Shown here one piece after another: positions 38,401 to 48,384 of a stretch of DNA of 64,000 nucleotides (the first letter of the stretch is position 1; the number at the start of each line of letters is the position of its first letter). The stretch comes from Narcine bancroftii (taxonomy: Eukaryota): contig NC_091474.1 of assembly GCF_036971445.1 (NCBI RefSeq), positions 73,222,001-73,286,000 of the forward strand, read 5' to 3'. The translations under genes were made by a program, and so were the position numbers. The notes beneath the pieces were generated by a model. It was given only the letters and a program-made list of their open reading frames with translations. It was not told where the DNA came from and searched no databases.

Positions 38401-40097
38401 ATGACCAATCGCATCTAAGTCAAAACACAAATGCTGGAGGAACTGTCAGTCTCACAGCATCCTTAGGAGGTAAAGATGTACTGTATTACATTTTTGTGCT
38501 TTGATTACCTCCTATGGACGCTCCGAGACCAGCTGAGTTCCTCCAGCAATTTTGTGCTTTGTCTACAATCACAGCATCTGCAGATTTTCATGTTTCACTC
38601 TAGTTGTATCTAAGTGTTAGGTGCAGGATAAACATTGATATCAATTATTCTCCCTGTTAAAATGCAATATTAATGCATGAGGTTAAAGCAAGGATAGGAT
38701 CATTCCTTAACTGATAACACCTCTCTGGCCAGCAAAGAAGCTGTTGTGTTGTATGACACTGTTGGCTACCCTTTTGTTGTGGATGTTCAAGGAACTGCTA
38801 ACCAAAGACCCTGGGAGGCGACAGGAATCTACTTCTGGATCAAAGAATTTAACAATTAGGCAGCTGATTGAAACAAATGAGAATCCGTCCAGATTCTGCA
38901 TTCATTGTGAGGTATTGACTGGTCCTGAAGAGGCGATGTCCTCTTAGAGATACACTAGAGATGACAAATTTTGAAATCCAGACCAACCCTGCTGGAGGAA
39001 CTTTGGGGGGGGGGGGGGGGGGGGGGAAGGAGAGACATCAGTGGGATAAAAAGAGTGGCCAGTATATTGGATCATCTGCACTAAAACTGTCACTGCTTCA
39101 CATGTTGGGTTCCTCCAGCAAATACTTGGCTTCGATTTGTGGTGATAGACCTCACCAGATCCTTATTCTTTGGGTGACACAATGAGTGTAGTGGTTGCCA
39201 CACAGCTGTTACTGTGCCAGCCACTGGGGCTCGCATCCTGCACTGCCTAAGGAGTTTGTATGTTCTCCGTGTGACTAAGTGGGTTTCCTCCCACCATTCA
39301 AAGCATAGGTTAATTGGGCAGCACGGCCTTATGGGCCGAAAGGGCCTGTTACTGTGCTGCATGTCTAATTCTAAAAAAAATAACAGCTCTGGTGCAAGCA
39401 ATGAAGGAAGAATATCATTTTGTTTTTAAACTGAAACTTCTGAATCATTCAGTAGATTCAAGAGTTGGACTTTGAAATTAGTGTTTGAGCAGATGTCTGG
39501 AAGGCAGGTCACTTAAGAAGAGTTCTAGGGACAGGTAACAACAAAATATCATCTTTGGAAGTTTTTTTCTGTTGGAGAAATGTTTGATGTCCATTTAATT
39601 TATTCCTAAATTTTACTTGTTTACTTCTTTAGATGGTTCAGCCTGAAGGCACGAAGCATTGTAAACTCTGTAACGACTGCATGGAGAACTTTGATCACCA
39701 CTGCCTCTTCCTCATGAAATGTGTGGCCAAGAGAAACCAGCGACTCTTTGTTCTGTTTCTCCTGGAGATCCTCGCCTCTCACTTGATGTTCGTCACGTCA
39801 GCTCTGTACTTTCTACACCTTCGACTCAACATGAATGCTGAGCAGTTCCTGAAGGTCTTCGGGTGCCAACCTTGGGTGACAGGGTTGACCCTCATGAACA
39901 GTGCCACCATCCTGTGGGAACTCAACGTGCTGAAGAATCAACTGATGGCGATCTCCGTAAACTCCAGCACTGCCTGCAGGGAGAGGGCAGCTGGAGTGGC
40001 CTCCACATGGAGACATCTTTTGAGAAACATTACCGTGTTCCTCATCTTTGGGAATAGGCTGCAAACCAGTCACATAAAATTCTCAAATCAGTTTTAA
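23324..40097 (+). CDS. Ankyrin-repeat DHHC palmitoyltransferase (ZDHHC13/ZDHHC17/Akr1-like), 10 exons, ~550 aa
   Basis: Exons 23324-23441, 27188-27323, 28105-28215, 30545-30677, 33199-33377, 34596-34669, 35582-35744, 37172-37254, 38721-38911 and 39633-40097 join in frame (1653 nt). Ankyrin motifs: GLTPLHHAA, GETPFHFAC, GKTALHQAV, LQTPLHIAT, GMTPLHVAA, GFTPLDLA. These are followed by TM helices, a KDPG motif and the cysteine-rich domain FCIHCE...KHCKLCNDCMENFDHHCLFLMKCVAKRN. Confidence 0.93.
23515..23655 (+). repeat. G-rich minisatellite (~30 bp unit GAGGAGACCCCGGGGGTGGGGGGGGGGAAAT), about 4.5 copies
   Basis: Tandem units read directly at the start of intron 1. Confidence 0.85.
26530..26812. 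mobile_element. Inverted pair of Penelope-derived terminal repeats; similar pairs at ~30930-31190, 38420-38600, 53255-53430
   Basis: GCTGGAGAAATTCAGCAGGTCAAACAGTG...CCCTTCATCAAGG and its reverse complement about 45 bp further on. Confidence 0.7.
27188..27323 (+). CDS. ANK-DHHC gene exon 2 (ankyrin repeats)
   Basis: ccccaag| WNGLTPLHHAALRGHKELAHLLLEHGADTNIPNDAGETPFHFAC |gtgagt. Confidence 0.92.
27642..27840. mobile_element. Tigger-like MITE with TA flanks; a related end occurs at ~6296
   Basis: TA-CGGTAAAATTCCTGTTATCC ... AGATACCAGGGGTTTTACTG-TA. Confidence 0.75.
28105..28215 (+). CDS. ANK-DHHC gene exon 3
   Basis: ctttag| RGEVYVMDWMVKKGADILAVDHQGKTALHQAVSGGS |gtgcgt. Confidence 0.9.
28390..30240 (-). 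mobile_element. CR1 LINE fragments interrupted by a hAT MITE
   Basis: CR1 RT-like sequence (LLNKM...SGVLQG-like) and 3' UTR on the minus strand. Confidence 0.75.
29327..29692. mobile_element. Palindromic hAT (Charlie-like) MITE, double-hairpin form; related copies at ~10714-10878, 37464-37640, 50131-50455, 56300-56411
   Basis: CAGTGGTTCTCA...CCACTCACA...CTTAAG...TGTGAGTGG...AACCACTG hairpins. Confidence 0.8.
30545..30677 (+). CDS. ANK-DHHC gene exon 4
   Basis: tccccag| TAIRYLEEMRRFDFHDSDKFLQTPLHIATSIGNEDVVKYLLRGT |gtgagt. Confidence 0.92.
32082..32696 (+). mobile_element. Chapaev3 (CMC)-like non-autonomous DNA transposon with transposase C-terminal remnant
   Basis: Imperfect TIRs CACTGGACAAGAAAGATTTTTCTTCC / GGAAGAAAAAGAATTTGTTGTCCATTG, flanks TAA/TTA, peptide FLHSHLDVFPADLGAVSDQYGERFHQDIATMENQYQG...DYCW. 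Confidence 0.75.
33199..33377 (+). CDS. ANK-DHHC gene exon 5
   Basis: ttcacag| RCSVGAVDHWGMTPLHVAAHTGSVNLCWMLMVEAGISALQLTNKDGFTPLDLAKRGKSH |gtatgt. Confidence 0.92.
34596..34669 (+). CDS. ANK-DHHC gene exon 6
   Basis: ttctttacag| HREMVKLLTEYSKKMKNGKPKDPF |gtaatt; phase 2 to phase 1 bridges exons 5 and 7. Confidence 0.85.
34870..35410 (-). mobile_element. Rex1/Babar-type LINE 3' fragment
   Basis: LQKVV...IIKDPHHPAHTLLSLLPSGKRYR...RTTRFRNS peptide. Confidence 0.85.
35582..35744 (+). CDS. ANK-DHHC gene exon 7 (transmembrane)
   Basis: cattttag| LYYGSLIFPSILSAFVFLITSHLGEYGGIFSAVAFAVLARIIFCQYHRISHYS |gtaagg. Confidence 0.88.
37172..37254 (+). CDS. ANK-DHHC gene exon 8 (transmembrane), followed by a U12 donor
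   Basis: ctgccacag| LPNPVFLGTFAAGIFHSLYCFYYKILP |ATATCCTTT. Confidence 0.88.
37255..38720 (+). other. U12-type (minor spliceosome) AT-AC intron
   Basis: 5' end ATATCCTTT, branch site TTCCTTAAC at 38703-38711, 3' end CAC at 38718-38720; splicing restores the frame (G|CT = Ala). Confidence 0.92.
37640..37995 (+). repeat. Minisatellite, ~31-bp unit (GGCAGTGTCCRTGGAAGGGACTGGGCGGGTCA), about 11 copies
   Basis: Tandem units read directly inside the AT-AC intron. Confidence 0.9.
38721..38911 (+). CDS. ANK-DHHC gene exon 9
   Basis: LWPAKKLLCCMTLLATLLLWMFKELLTKDPGRRQ...NENPSRFCIHCE |gtattg. Confidence 0.9.
39633..40097 (+). CDS. ANK-DHHC gene exon 10 (DHHC catalytic motif, last TM helices, stop)
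   Basis: ttctttag| MVQPEGTKHCKLCNDCMENFDHHCLFLMKCVAKRNQRLFVLFL...KFSNQF*. Confidence 0.95.
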   Translation: MVQPEGTKHCKLCNDCMENFDHHCLFLMKCVAKRNQRLFVLFLLEILASHLMFVTSALYFLHLRLNMNAEQFLKVFGCQPWVTGLTLMNSATILWELNVLKNQLMAISVNSSTACRERAAGVASTWRHLLRNITVFLIFGNRLQTSHIKFSNQF

Positions 40098-40358
40098 ACA
40101 GCTGAAATGAGCAGTTAGAAATGCCAGCATGTTTTACAATGTTTAGAAGGGGTGGAGAGAACAAGAGGGCTGTCTGGGACAGAAAAGAGACGAGGACTGA
40201 ATGATACAAGAGGTGGGGAGAGAGGACAGCGATCTCATCTGTTTGGGCAGGGTGTAAAAGAGTGAATGAAAACAAAGCAGAAAAGAACATTCCCTCGTAG
40301 TGAAGCACAAAAGCTGCAGCTGCTGGAATCTTGAGCACCAACAAGAAACTGTGTCAAG

Positions 40359-41021
40359 CAGGGCCGTCACGAGGGTTGGTGTCACCCCACCACCCCCTCC
40401 CCCATGGACCTCCTCCCATACCAGACCAGACAGAATCCTTAATAATGTTTTTGTATTAAATGTTACTCATAATTCCTGTATATAAACCGTTTACAGAGCG
40501 GAAACAGAATCACTGAATGTAACAGCAATAGTACTGAGATAAACAACCAGCAAAATTAAAATGACACCTTTAAATTACAGTATCATACATACAGCCTAAA
40601 TGTATTTACAAATACTAATGACCACAATATTGTAGCTAAAACACCAGAAAATTTGACAGAAGCAGTAACTATAAAAACACCAGCAGCAATGAAAACAACA
40701 GCGTGTGCTTGTAGCGGGTGCAGATGAAACCACGTGATTCGAAGCATCGTTGTCATTGGCTGATAACGACAGCTCTGACCGGAGCGCATTAGAAGGTTCT
40801 AAAAGGAAATGAGCGTCGAGTTTTAGCCTCCTAGTTCTATGGATACATGTAAGATGGGCTAACAAAAAATGATTTTGTTGTTATAACTACAGGGATATGT
40901 TTATAAAAATAATAAATTTCTGATGAAACACTGCACAAAAATTTTATAGGAGGCCATTTTGGTGACACCCCCTCCGACAGTGTCACGCTGTGCGATCCAC
41001 ACCCCCTGAGTGATGCCAGTG
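40359..41021. mobile_element. Non-autonomous hAT-like element downstream of the ANK-DHHC stop
   Basis: Ends CAGGGCCGTCAC / GTGATGCCAGTG, subterminal GGTGTCACC motifs, imperfect 8-bp TSD GTGTCAAG/ATGACAAG. Confidence 0.55.
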
Positions 41022-41853
41022 ATGACAAGGATGAACCAAGAGGTGCTGGACAGGAATGGAGAGTGCAATAGTGTTCTGTTGTTGAGGTACATCCTGGTCT
41101 GGCCCACTGCTTGTTCCAACATCCCACACAGCTCATCTGCACTGTTCTCTCAGCCTCCCTGAGAGATTGTGGCAACTGGGTGTTTAGAAGGTCAGTAATT
41201 ACAATTTTTTTTAATTGCTATCTTTATCAATATTAACCAGAAAAGTGTCTCACACTTCAACGTGGGGTGTAATATGCTAGATCCTAGGGTAGGAGTCACA
41301 TTACAGACCATGAAGTCCTGCATGTTCTAGGATCCACCAGCAATGAGAAGCAGAAGCAGCAGGTAGTAGGATCCAGGCAAGGCCTTGGGATAGTGGTGAC
41401 AGGGTCTGCAGGTGTGTGCAACACCAATAGGTTCTACCCAGGTCATTCTCAACCTGTAGCTGCAAATATTACTGAGATAATAAAATGTAAAACAAGGTTA
41501 TCAAATTGAACTGCCCTTCCCCCCCCCCCCCATGAAAGTTCTCAAACTTGCCCCGGAACCAAATTGCCGTGGGTGGTTTGGGAGCGGGTCGGGGCTCGCC
41601 AGCACCTCCCACTGGTGGTCGGTGGGTTCGGTCTGACTGAGCGGTGGGAGGCTCGAGGGGAGCCACCGGGAGGAATGCCGAGGTGGAGAACCGGCGTGCA
41701 TTTAGACATTTTTAAAGTTTCCAATAAATTCTTTGAAGGCATTGTATCGATGAGCTTCCCCTTTAAAAACAACAGCCGGATCGTGTGCGTGTTCAAGCTG
41801 CAGCAGTTCTGACCATCCCGAGAACCGGCTCGCTATTGTGAGGTGCGTCACGG

Positions 41854-41871
41854 TGCCTCCCTCTAGTGGCC
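41854..41871 (-). promoter_or_regulatory. Candidate CTCF-binding site
   Basis: Minus strand GGCCACTAGAGGGAGGCA resembles the CTCF core; lies between the ANK-DHHC gene and FUT11. Confidence 0.45.
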
Positions 41872-43249
41872 GTCCCGCATGACTGCAGCTCTGCGCCCTT
41901 TGCTGAACCTGCTGTCCATGTTCATTCCCAAGGTCGCTGGGGATCCAAACATGCGGGACAAGGACTTTCAGGGACTCAGGACAGCTCCTGGCCTGTTCTA
42001 GTTGGAACTTTGGAGAATTGGGGGCGGGGGGGGGGGGGGGTCTTCATTGAAACATTTGGAAAGTTGAAAAGCTTGGACCGAGTCGATGTAGGAAGGTTGT
42101 TTCCCCTGGCGGGAGAGTCCAGGACAAAGGCACAACTTCAGGATTGAAGGGTGTCCTCTGAGAACAGAGATGGGCTGGAATTTGTTCAGCCAGTGGGTGG
42201 TAAATCTGTGGAATTTGTGGCCATGGGCGGATGTGGAGGCCGGGACAATGGGTGGATTTAAGGCCAAGTTTGAAAAGTTCTTGATTATGGGGAGGTGGCC
42301 GGGAAATGGGGGTGAGTGGGGAAATGGGTCAGGTCGTGATTAAATAATGGACGGACAGGTGAGCGTGCAACGCTGGGACTGCACCAGCGATCAGGGTGCG
42401 GGTTCGAAGCCCCGACCTCCCCGTGTCTACGTGGGTTTATTCCGAGTTCTCCGGTTTCCTCCCACCCGGTTTGCAGGTTAATTGGGCTGTACGGGCTCGT
42501 GGGCCAAAATGGCCTATTATGTCTAAATTTTTTTTAAAATAGTGGGACAGACGAGATGGGCTGATTAGCCTATTTCTGCTCCTGTCTTACGGTTTTATGG
42601 CAAATAAGAACTGATCAAATTAGTTTCGAGTCTGTGACTTTGTCTGACTTGTATTTCGTAACTGGATCTGCCTTTCCCAGCCGCACCGATCTATCCTTTT
42701 CTCTGCGTTAATGATATACCTTCCAGGTCCGGTGTTCCATTACTCAGCTAAATATTCCAAGGGTGACCTTCCAATGCCTTCGAAGGTCATAACTCATTGA
42801 TCCCAACCACGCTCTAATTGAAAAATATTTTCCTCAAATCCGGACTTTAACCTTTTAAAGTTACTTTCTCGTCAGAGAGCGGTGCTTCAGAGTAAAGATT
42901 CTACCCCAGCTGTACCCCACAGATCCATCAGACTCCTTTGGTGAGTGCCCACCCCATTTCTCCCCAGTAACCTGGCAAACACTGTACAGAGCCCCATTGA
43001 TGGCCTAACCAGGAGTGTGGTTGGATCACATTTATACTCCGATCTACTCAAAGCATTTTTAGGCTTGTAAAGATCCAAACACTGGAGAATAGTTAACGGA
43101 AGCAGGAATAAACATGGATCATACAGGACAGTGAGTCCTGCGGGAGACATTGCAGAAGGAAGGACAACATTGACTTTTATTGAATGACATACAATTATTA
43201 GATCAGTTAGATGGTATCGCCTCCATTCCCTCCTCCTCGAGTTATTTCC

Positions 43250-44900
43250 TTTCCAACCCCTCGCTGAATCCTTTTCCCTCTCCGGTGTTTCCCGACTGGT
43301 GCCACCTTCCCATCCTCCCGCGCCCCGCGGATGCTCCGGGTCGCCACGGTCCCGGTCGCGGGGCAGCGCAGCAAATAAACCCTCGAGACACAGAGACCTG
43401 GGGGCATAGGGCTCTTTCACGTGGCTCTCACCAGAGCCCTTGGTGTGTGGTCCGCTCGCTGATCTCCTCGGAGCCCGGCTGGATTGCTTCCTCCGACGGG
43501 GGCTGTCACTCGCCGGTTCCCGGACTCCGCATCTGACTGCCCCGCCGCTCAGGACTGGCACCACCACCCAATCGCTGCTCTCCTTCATTCCTTCACTGAG
43601 CAGCAGATCCCGACCCAGAATCAATAATCCCTTGCGCTTACTCGACTCCATTGCTACCAGCTTTACCCAAAGACCTTACAGAGCCCATCCACTTTTCTGC
43701 CGCAGTTTCACCCGTCACGCGGCCCCAACGCCACCGATTGACCCCTCCCAGCACATGGCCTTCGCACCCACTGCTCCACCACCAGCGGTGGCGCCCCTTC
43801 TCCACCCTTCAGTCTCCCTCCCTCCACCTCCACTCCCCTTTCCCCCCTCAACCCTACCGCCCCATTACCTGTCCGCCTGACCACTGCCCCCACCAACCTT
43901 CTCTCCCCCAATGTTACCCACAGGCCGGCCCCATTTTTCCTCTCACACCTGGATAAAGGACGCCTTTGATTTCCCTCGCATTCAACCTGCACTCTGCGTT
44001 TCCCCACCGCTTGCTTTTATGGTGCCCATGCCCCGGGGGTTTTGACTGAACGACAATCCCTCCTTTCTCAAATTAGTTCCACCCTTCCTCTCTCCATCCA
44101 ACCCTTCGCTGAATCCTTCCCTCACCGGTGTTTCCCGCCTCGGCTCCTCCTCCCGTGCCCGCAGATGCTCCGGGTCGCCATGGTCGCCGTCGCGGAGCAG
44201 CGCAGCAAATAAACACTCGAGACACAGAGAGGTTTGGGAATATTGCTCTTTCAGGTGGCTCCAACAAGAGCCCTTGGTGAGTGGGAGCCGGATGCCCTGG
44301 TCTCGGTGGCCAGCGAGTGGGTGACCCTTGAGCTCGACCCGGTTAAGCTGTCCGGCCCCACACAGGAGCGCGACGGCCAAGCTCCTCAAGGGGAGGTTTG
44401 GACTGAAAAGTCCTGACCGATGCCCAGATCCGCCGTGATGTTACCTCTGTCCTCCACCGCCATTCGAACTCTCCACCAATGGCTGGAGCCACACCTCGTG
44501 ACCCATATTCAGTGCCGGAGATGGACCCTTCGTCGGGTGACCGGTGGGTGACGGTCAGTCCCCTCACCCTCTGCCGGTGGCTGGATTCCCGCCATACCCT
44601 GTCGTTTCTCCACCATGGTGTCCGAAGACCACCGAACCGAACCTCTTGCTGCTCCACCTTTTTAAATCCCAAGCTGCCCCGCCCCCTGCGCTAATTGGTC
44701 CGTAGTCTCCAGCCACTCAGATGGCCAGAAAGCGGCCAGTTCACGCGGCCATTCATCAATGATCATCCATTTTCAGAAGCCCACCAATTTCCCTGGCCAG
44801 CAGCTGATGTGCGTCCAGTGTTGAGCTCACGTGGGACGGTCCCTGCACTGATCAAAGCGCCCCGCAAAGGCCTGTCAAAATACCTCCTGGTCTTACAGAA
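43250..44900. promoter_or_regulatory. Orphan CpG island containing a ~200-bp duplication
   Basis: CpG-rich; 43253-43450 and 44097-44284 are diverged direct copies. Confidence 0.55.
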
Positions 44901-46879
44901 TATTTGTATAAACACGGCTGGAGAATAATATCAATAACAACATCTAGTTTCATGGCTACCAAAGGATGCAAGTTTTAGTTTTCATACCATCGTTGGCTTT
45001 TAGTCAAATATATTCATTTTATTTGGTACCTTGGTGCCAGAATTGACCCTTGATTGAATGATCTTCAGTGATTTGTATTGTGACTGAAAGGTGACAAAAA
45101 CAAAGTGAAGCTGCCACTCTTTCATCCTTCCTTTCTCATCATGAATGAGGCCTTACCTAAATATTTTACTTGAATTGGATGAGATCATTGAATACCTTGT
45201 TGTAGAGATGGCAGACTGGCAATCCTGGAGACATAGATCCCACTGACTTTTGTGAAGAAATAGAAGGGATGTTTTTAAAGGATAAAATCAGGGTTCTCAA
45301 GGCTAGTTTTAGGTGTGTTAGTGTTGAATTGGAGATTTGATTTGCCTTAATGCTATTGGTCTTATTGATGATATTGTTCGGGAACCAATGTTTTAGTCAC
45401 CAGAAGGAATTGACAGGACGTGGAATTCAATGCATGGGGTCAACAAGGTATTGGAGCTTTGTGCTACAAGAATGCCCACAATTAGCTTCATTGCCTCTTA
45501 AATGTTAGATTTTCATTTTATTATTTTGCAATTAAGAACAATTGCATATCCCTTCAACTCTACCCTCATGGGCCAGTCATAGATGGGCTATAGCTCTAAT
45601 AGATGGGAAGAGAACCCCTTGCACACATCTCATGAATGTGTATTGATATGAAGCCAAGGATTTTAGATTCAAAGTTTCAGATTGTTTATGCACAAGAGCA
45701 TAAACTGCTGGGTGTACCATATGTACTCATGCAATAGTTGAGTTTTTTTAGACCAATTTTTGGGGTCAGATGGGGGGGTGAGGGGTCCAATTAACACAGA
45801 TCATACAGGGTTAAAATTGGAGGGGTGAACTATTACACAGGATCAACTATTACACAAGTGATATGATACAAGTTCTACAGAGTAATAACTCTTAGATCAA
45901 CGTGTCTACACCTAGATCCCAGGACACCATTTTGTTCAGAATGATATGGCAGCAGTCATGGAGATATGATTGGAAAGTAACCACTTCGCTCAGTTTAAAT
46001 CATGTTTATTGTCATCTGATTGAACAAGATAACCTGATGAAACAACATTCTCAACACAGATACATAACCAGATATAACACATATACAGACAAACTCTATA
46101 TTTACAGTGCAAATGTTGTTTTGTAAATTGGAGGGTCTCAGGTGGTTAATATCAGCAGTTCTTTTAGTTATGTTTTACTTTTAAGGTTTGGTAATTTCTT
46201 AGTTGCATTGGCTTGAATTTGGGTTTTTTTCCCCATTTGCTTCTCCAGTTTTAAATTTATTGTGACAGTATAATTTTAGTTTTTTCTTTGTTGAGTACAT
46301 TAATTGATGCTTTGAGATAGTAACAACCAAATCTGTTTGAACCCCAGTTCTTGCTGGTGTCTGCTTCTTCATTATCTTCTTGTTTTCATCAGGACCAATT
46401 TTAACATCTGCTGTGGTTTTGTGTTCATAGTAAACAAAACACATTAAAATTTGAAAAGGTTTCACTACTTCAGCCACCATAATTAACAAGCAGCTACCTT
46501 ACTAGTGTAAGTCTGGCTACTATCATCAACATGTATGGTTGGGTGATCATTAGGGGAGCAGAGGTGGAGAGGGTGAGCAAATTTATGTTCTTGAGAATCA
46601 CTATCTCGAAGGATCTTTCCTGGACCCAACATACTAATAGCATCATGAAGAAAACACTTCAGCATCTCTACTTCCTCAGGAGTTTATGAAGGATTGATAT
46701 GAAATAGAACAATACAGCACAGTACAGGTCCTTTGGCCCTCGATGTTGTGCCAACTCATATACCCCTTCCTAAAAAAAGTACTAAATGTTTCCTAACAAC
46801 CCCATAACCCTCTATTTTTCTTCCATCCAAGTGTTTGTCTAAGTCTCTTAAATCCCCCTAAGTCTGCCTCCATCAACTC

Positions 46880-47600
46880 CATGAGGACGGGTGTAACAGG
46901 AAACCCTTCTTCAGCAGCACTCAGAATTCAGAACACTGTCAGGATGGCAGAGAGGGACCTTAGCCAGGGATCACCGTTTTCCCAGGACCTCTTCGTGCGC
47001 AAGGTCCTGATGAAGTGGTTCAAATTTGAGGCAAAGGACATCTACTGCCTTCAGGATGTCATGGACAACAGTCATTTCAATGTGACATTCAAGACACCAG
47101 TAGGATGGCAGAGGTTGCTTCAGATGTTCCAGAAGGGGACAAAGCTCCACTCTCACTATTCAAGTTGCAGCCACTTTTCACCCTTCTGACAAAGAAGGAA
47201 CAGGTGATAACGATGCTCATGTTTAACCCACACGTGCCAGTCATGGATGTGCTCGCCTGTGTGGGCTGTTATGTCAAGAGGACAGGGGCCTGCAAAGACA
47301 TGTTGGGAATCTGGACCAGCAAACACCAAGAGAAGGTGAAGCTGAGGACAGCATTCCCCCCCCCACCCCACCACCACCCTTCAGTGTTTGTCAATCCAGG
47401 GAGCCATGGGTACCTGGTCAACCCTGGATAGCCCAGAATGTGCAGGAATTGCAACAAACTGGGACATGCAGCAGCCCAATGCAGCGTAGTCATTTGCAAG
47501 ATGGAAGGCCAACAGAGCAAGGACTGCGGAGAGAACAAGTGCTGCCACCTGTGTGGGGGAGCAGGCCACCTCTACAGGGCCTTCCCTAAATGCATAGCCA
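46880..47600 (+). pseudogene. Tx1/L1 ORF1-like (ZCCHC3-like) remnant with CCHC knuckles, frameshifted
   Basis: NTVR...DIYCLQD...FNVTF, then MFNPHVP...GIWTSK, then CRNCNKLGHAAAQC and CHLCGGAGH. Confidence 0.75.
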
Positions 47601-48063
47601 TATATGCACATCTGTAACCTGTCAATCAATGCTCACGTTTGTACGTGAATGCCAATCTAAGGTCTGCCTCCTGCAGCAGAGCTCAGCTCATGTAGCATCT
47701 TTAAAAAAAGATTATCCTCTCTCCTAGGTTATTTTATAATCGAGATTGAGTTTTTAGAACTGATTTTATTTATCCTTTAGTAACAAAGAGTCATTTCAGA
47801 GTTTTGTTCGATTTTAATAAAGTTTTTCCTCCCCCTTCTGTAACCAAACACCAACTGGTGTCTTCCCAGCAGATACTCGGTGGATATATTTAAAATATGT
47901 GAAGGCATCTCGACCAAAGGGTAAAAAATGGAACAATTTCATCTTATTCTATTCAATGAAGGGTGGGGGCTGTGAGGCAAGGTCGGGGAGGAGGCGGGCG
48001 CCTTACTAAAACTCAGCCTCAGGGCCGGGGGTTAGTTAATGCACCACTGGCTCAAACAACACG

Positions 48064-48346
48064 GTTTACATCCGGTACCGCACGGATGGCAGTCTCTTCA
48101 ATCTGAGGCGCCTGCAAGCTCACACCAAGACACAAGAGAAACTTGTCCGTGAACTACTCTTTGCAGATGATGCCGCTTTAGTTGCCCATTCAGAGCCAGC
48201 TCTTCAGCGCTTGACGTCCTGCTTTGCGGAAACTGCCAAAATGTTTGGCCTGGAAGTCAGCCTGAAGAAAACTGAGGTCCTCCATCAGCCAGCTCCCCAC
48301 CATGACTACCAGCCCCCCCACATCTCCATCGGGAACACAAAACGGT
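48064..48346 (+). mobile_element. Internal RTE RT fragment, same family as 13157-16572
   Basis: Nearly identical to the reverse complement of ~13975-14258; reads LFADD. Confidence 0.92.
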
Positions 48347-48384
48347 GGTAGTAATGAAGAGACTAATGTACATTCACAGCCTCC

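Noticed and set aside
42887-43651. 254-aa minus-strand ORF
   Set aside because: Low-complexity GC-rich translation with a non-informative composition and no recognisable domain; crosses the duplicated unit.
43250-44320. Possible structured RNA gene (telomerase RNA, RNase P/MRP)
   Set aside because: No CTAACCCT template, pseudoknot, CR4/5 or RNase P conserved regions could be recognised.
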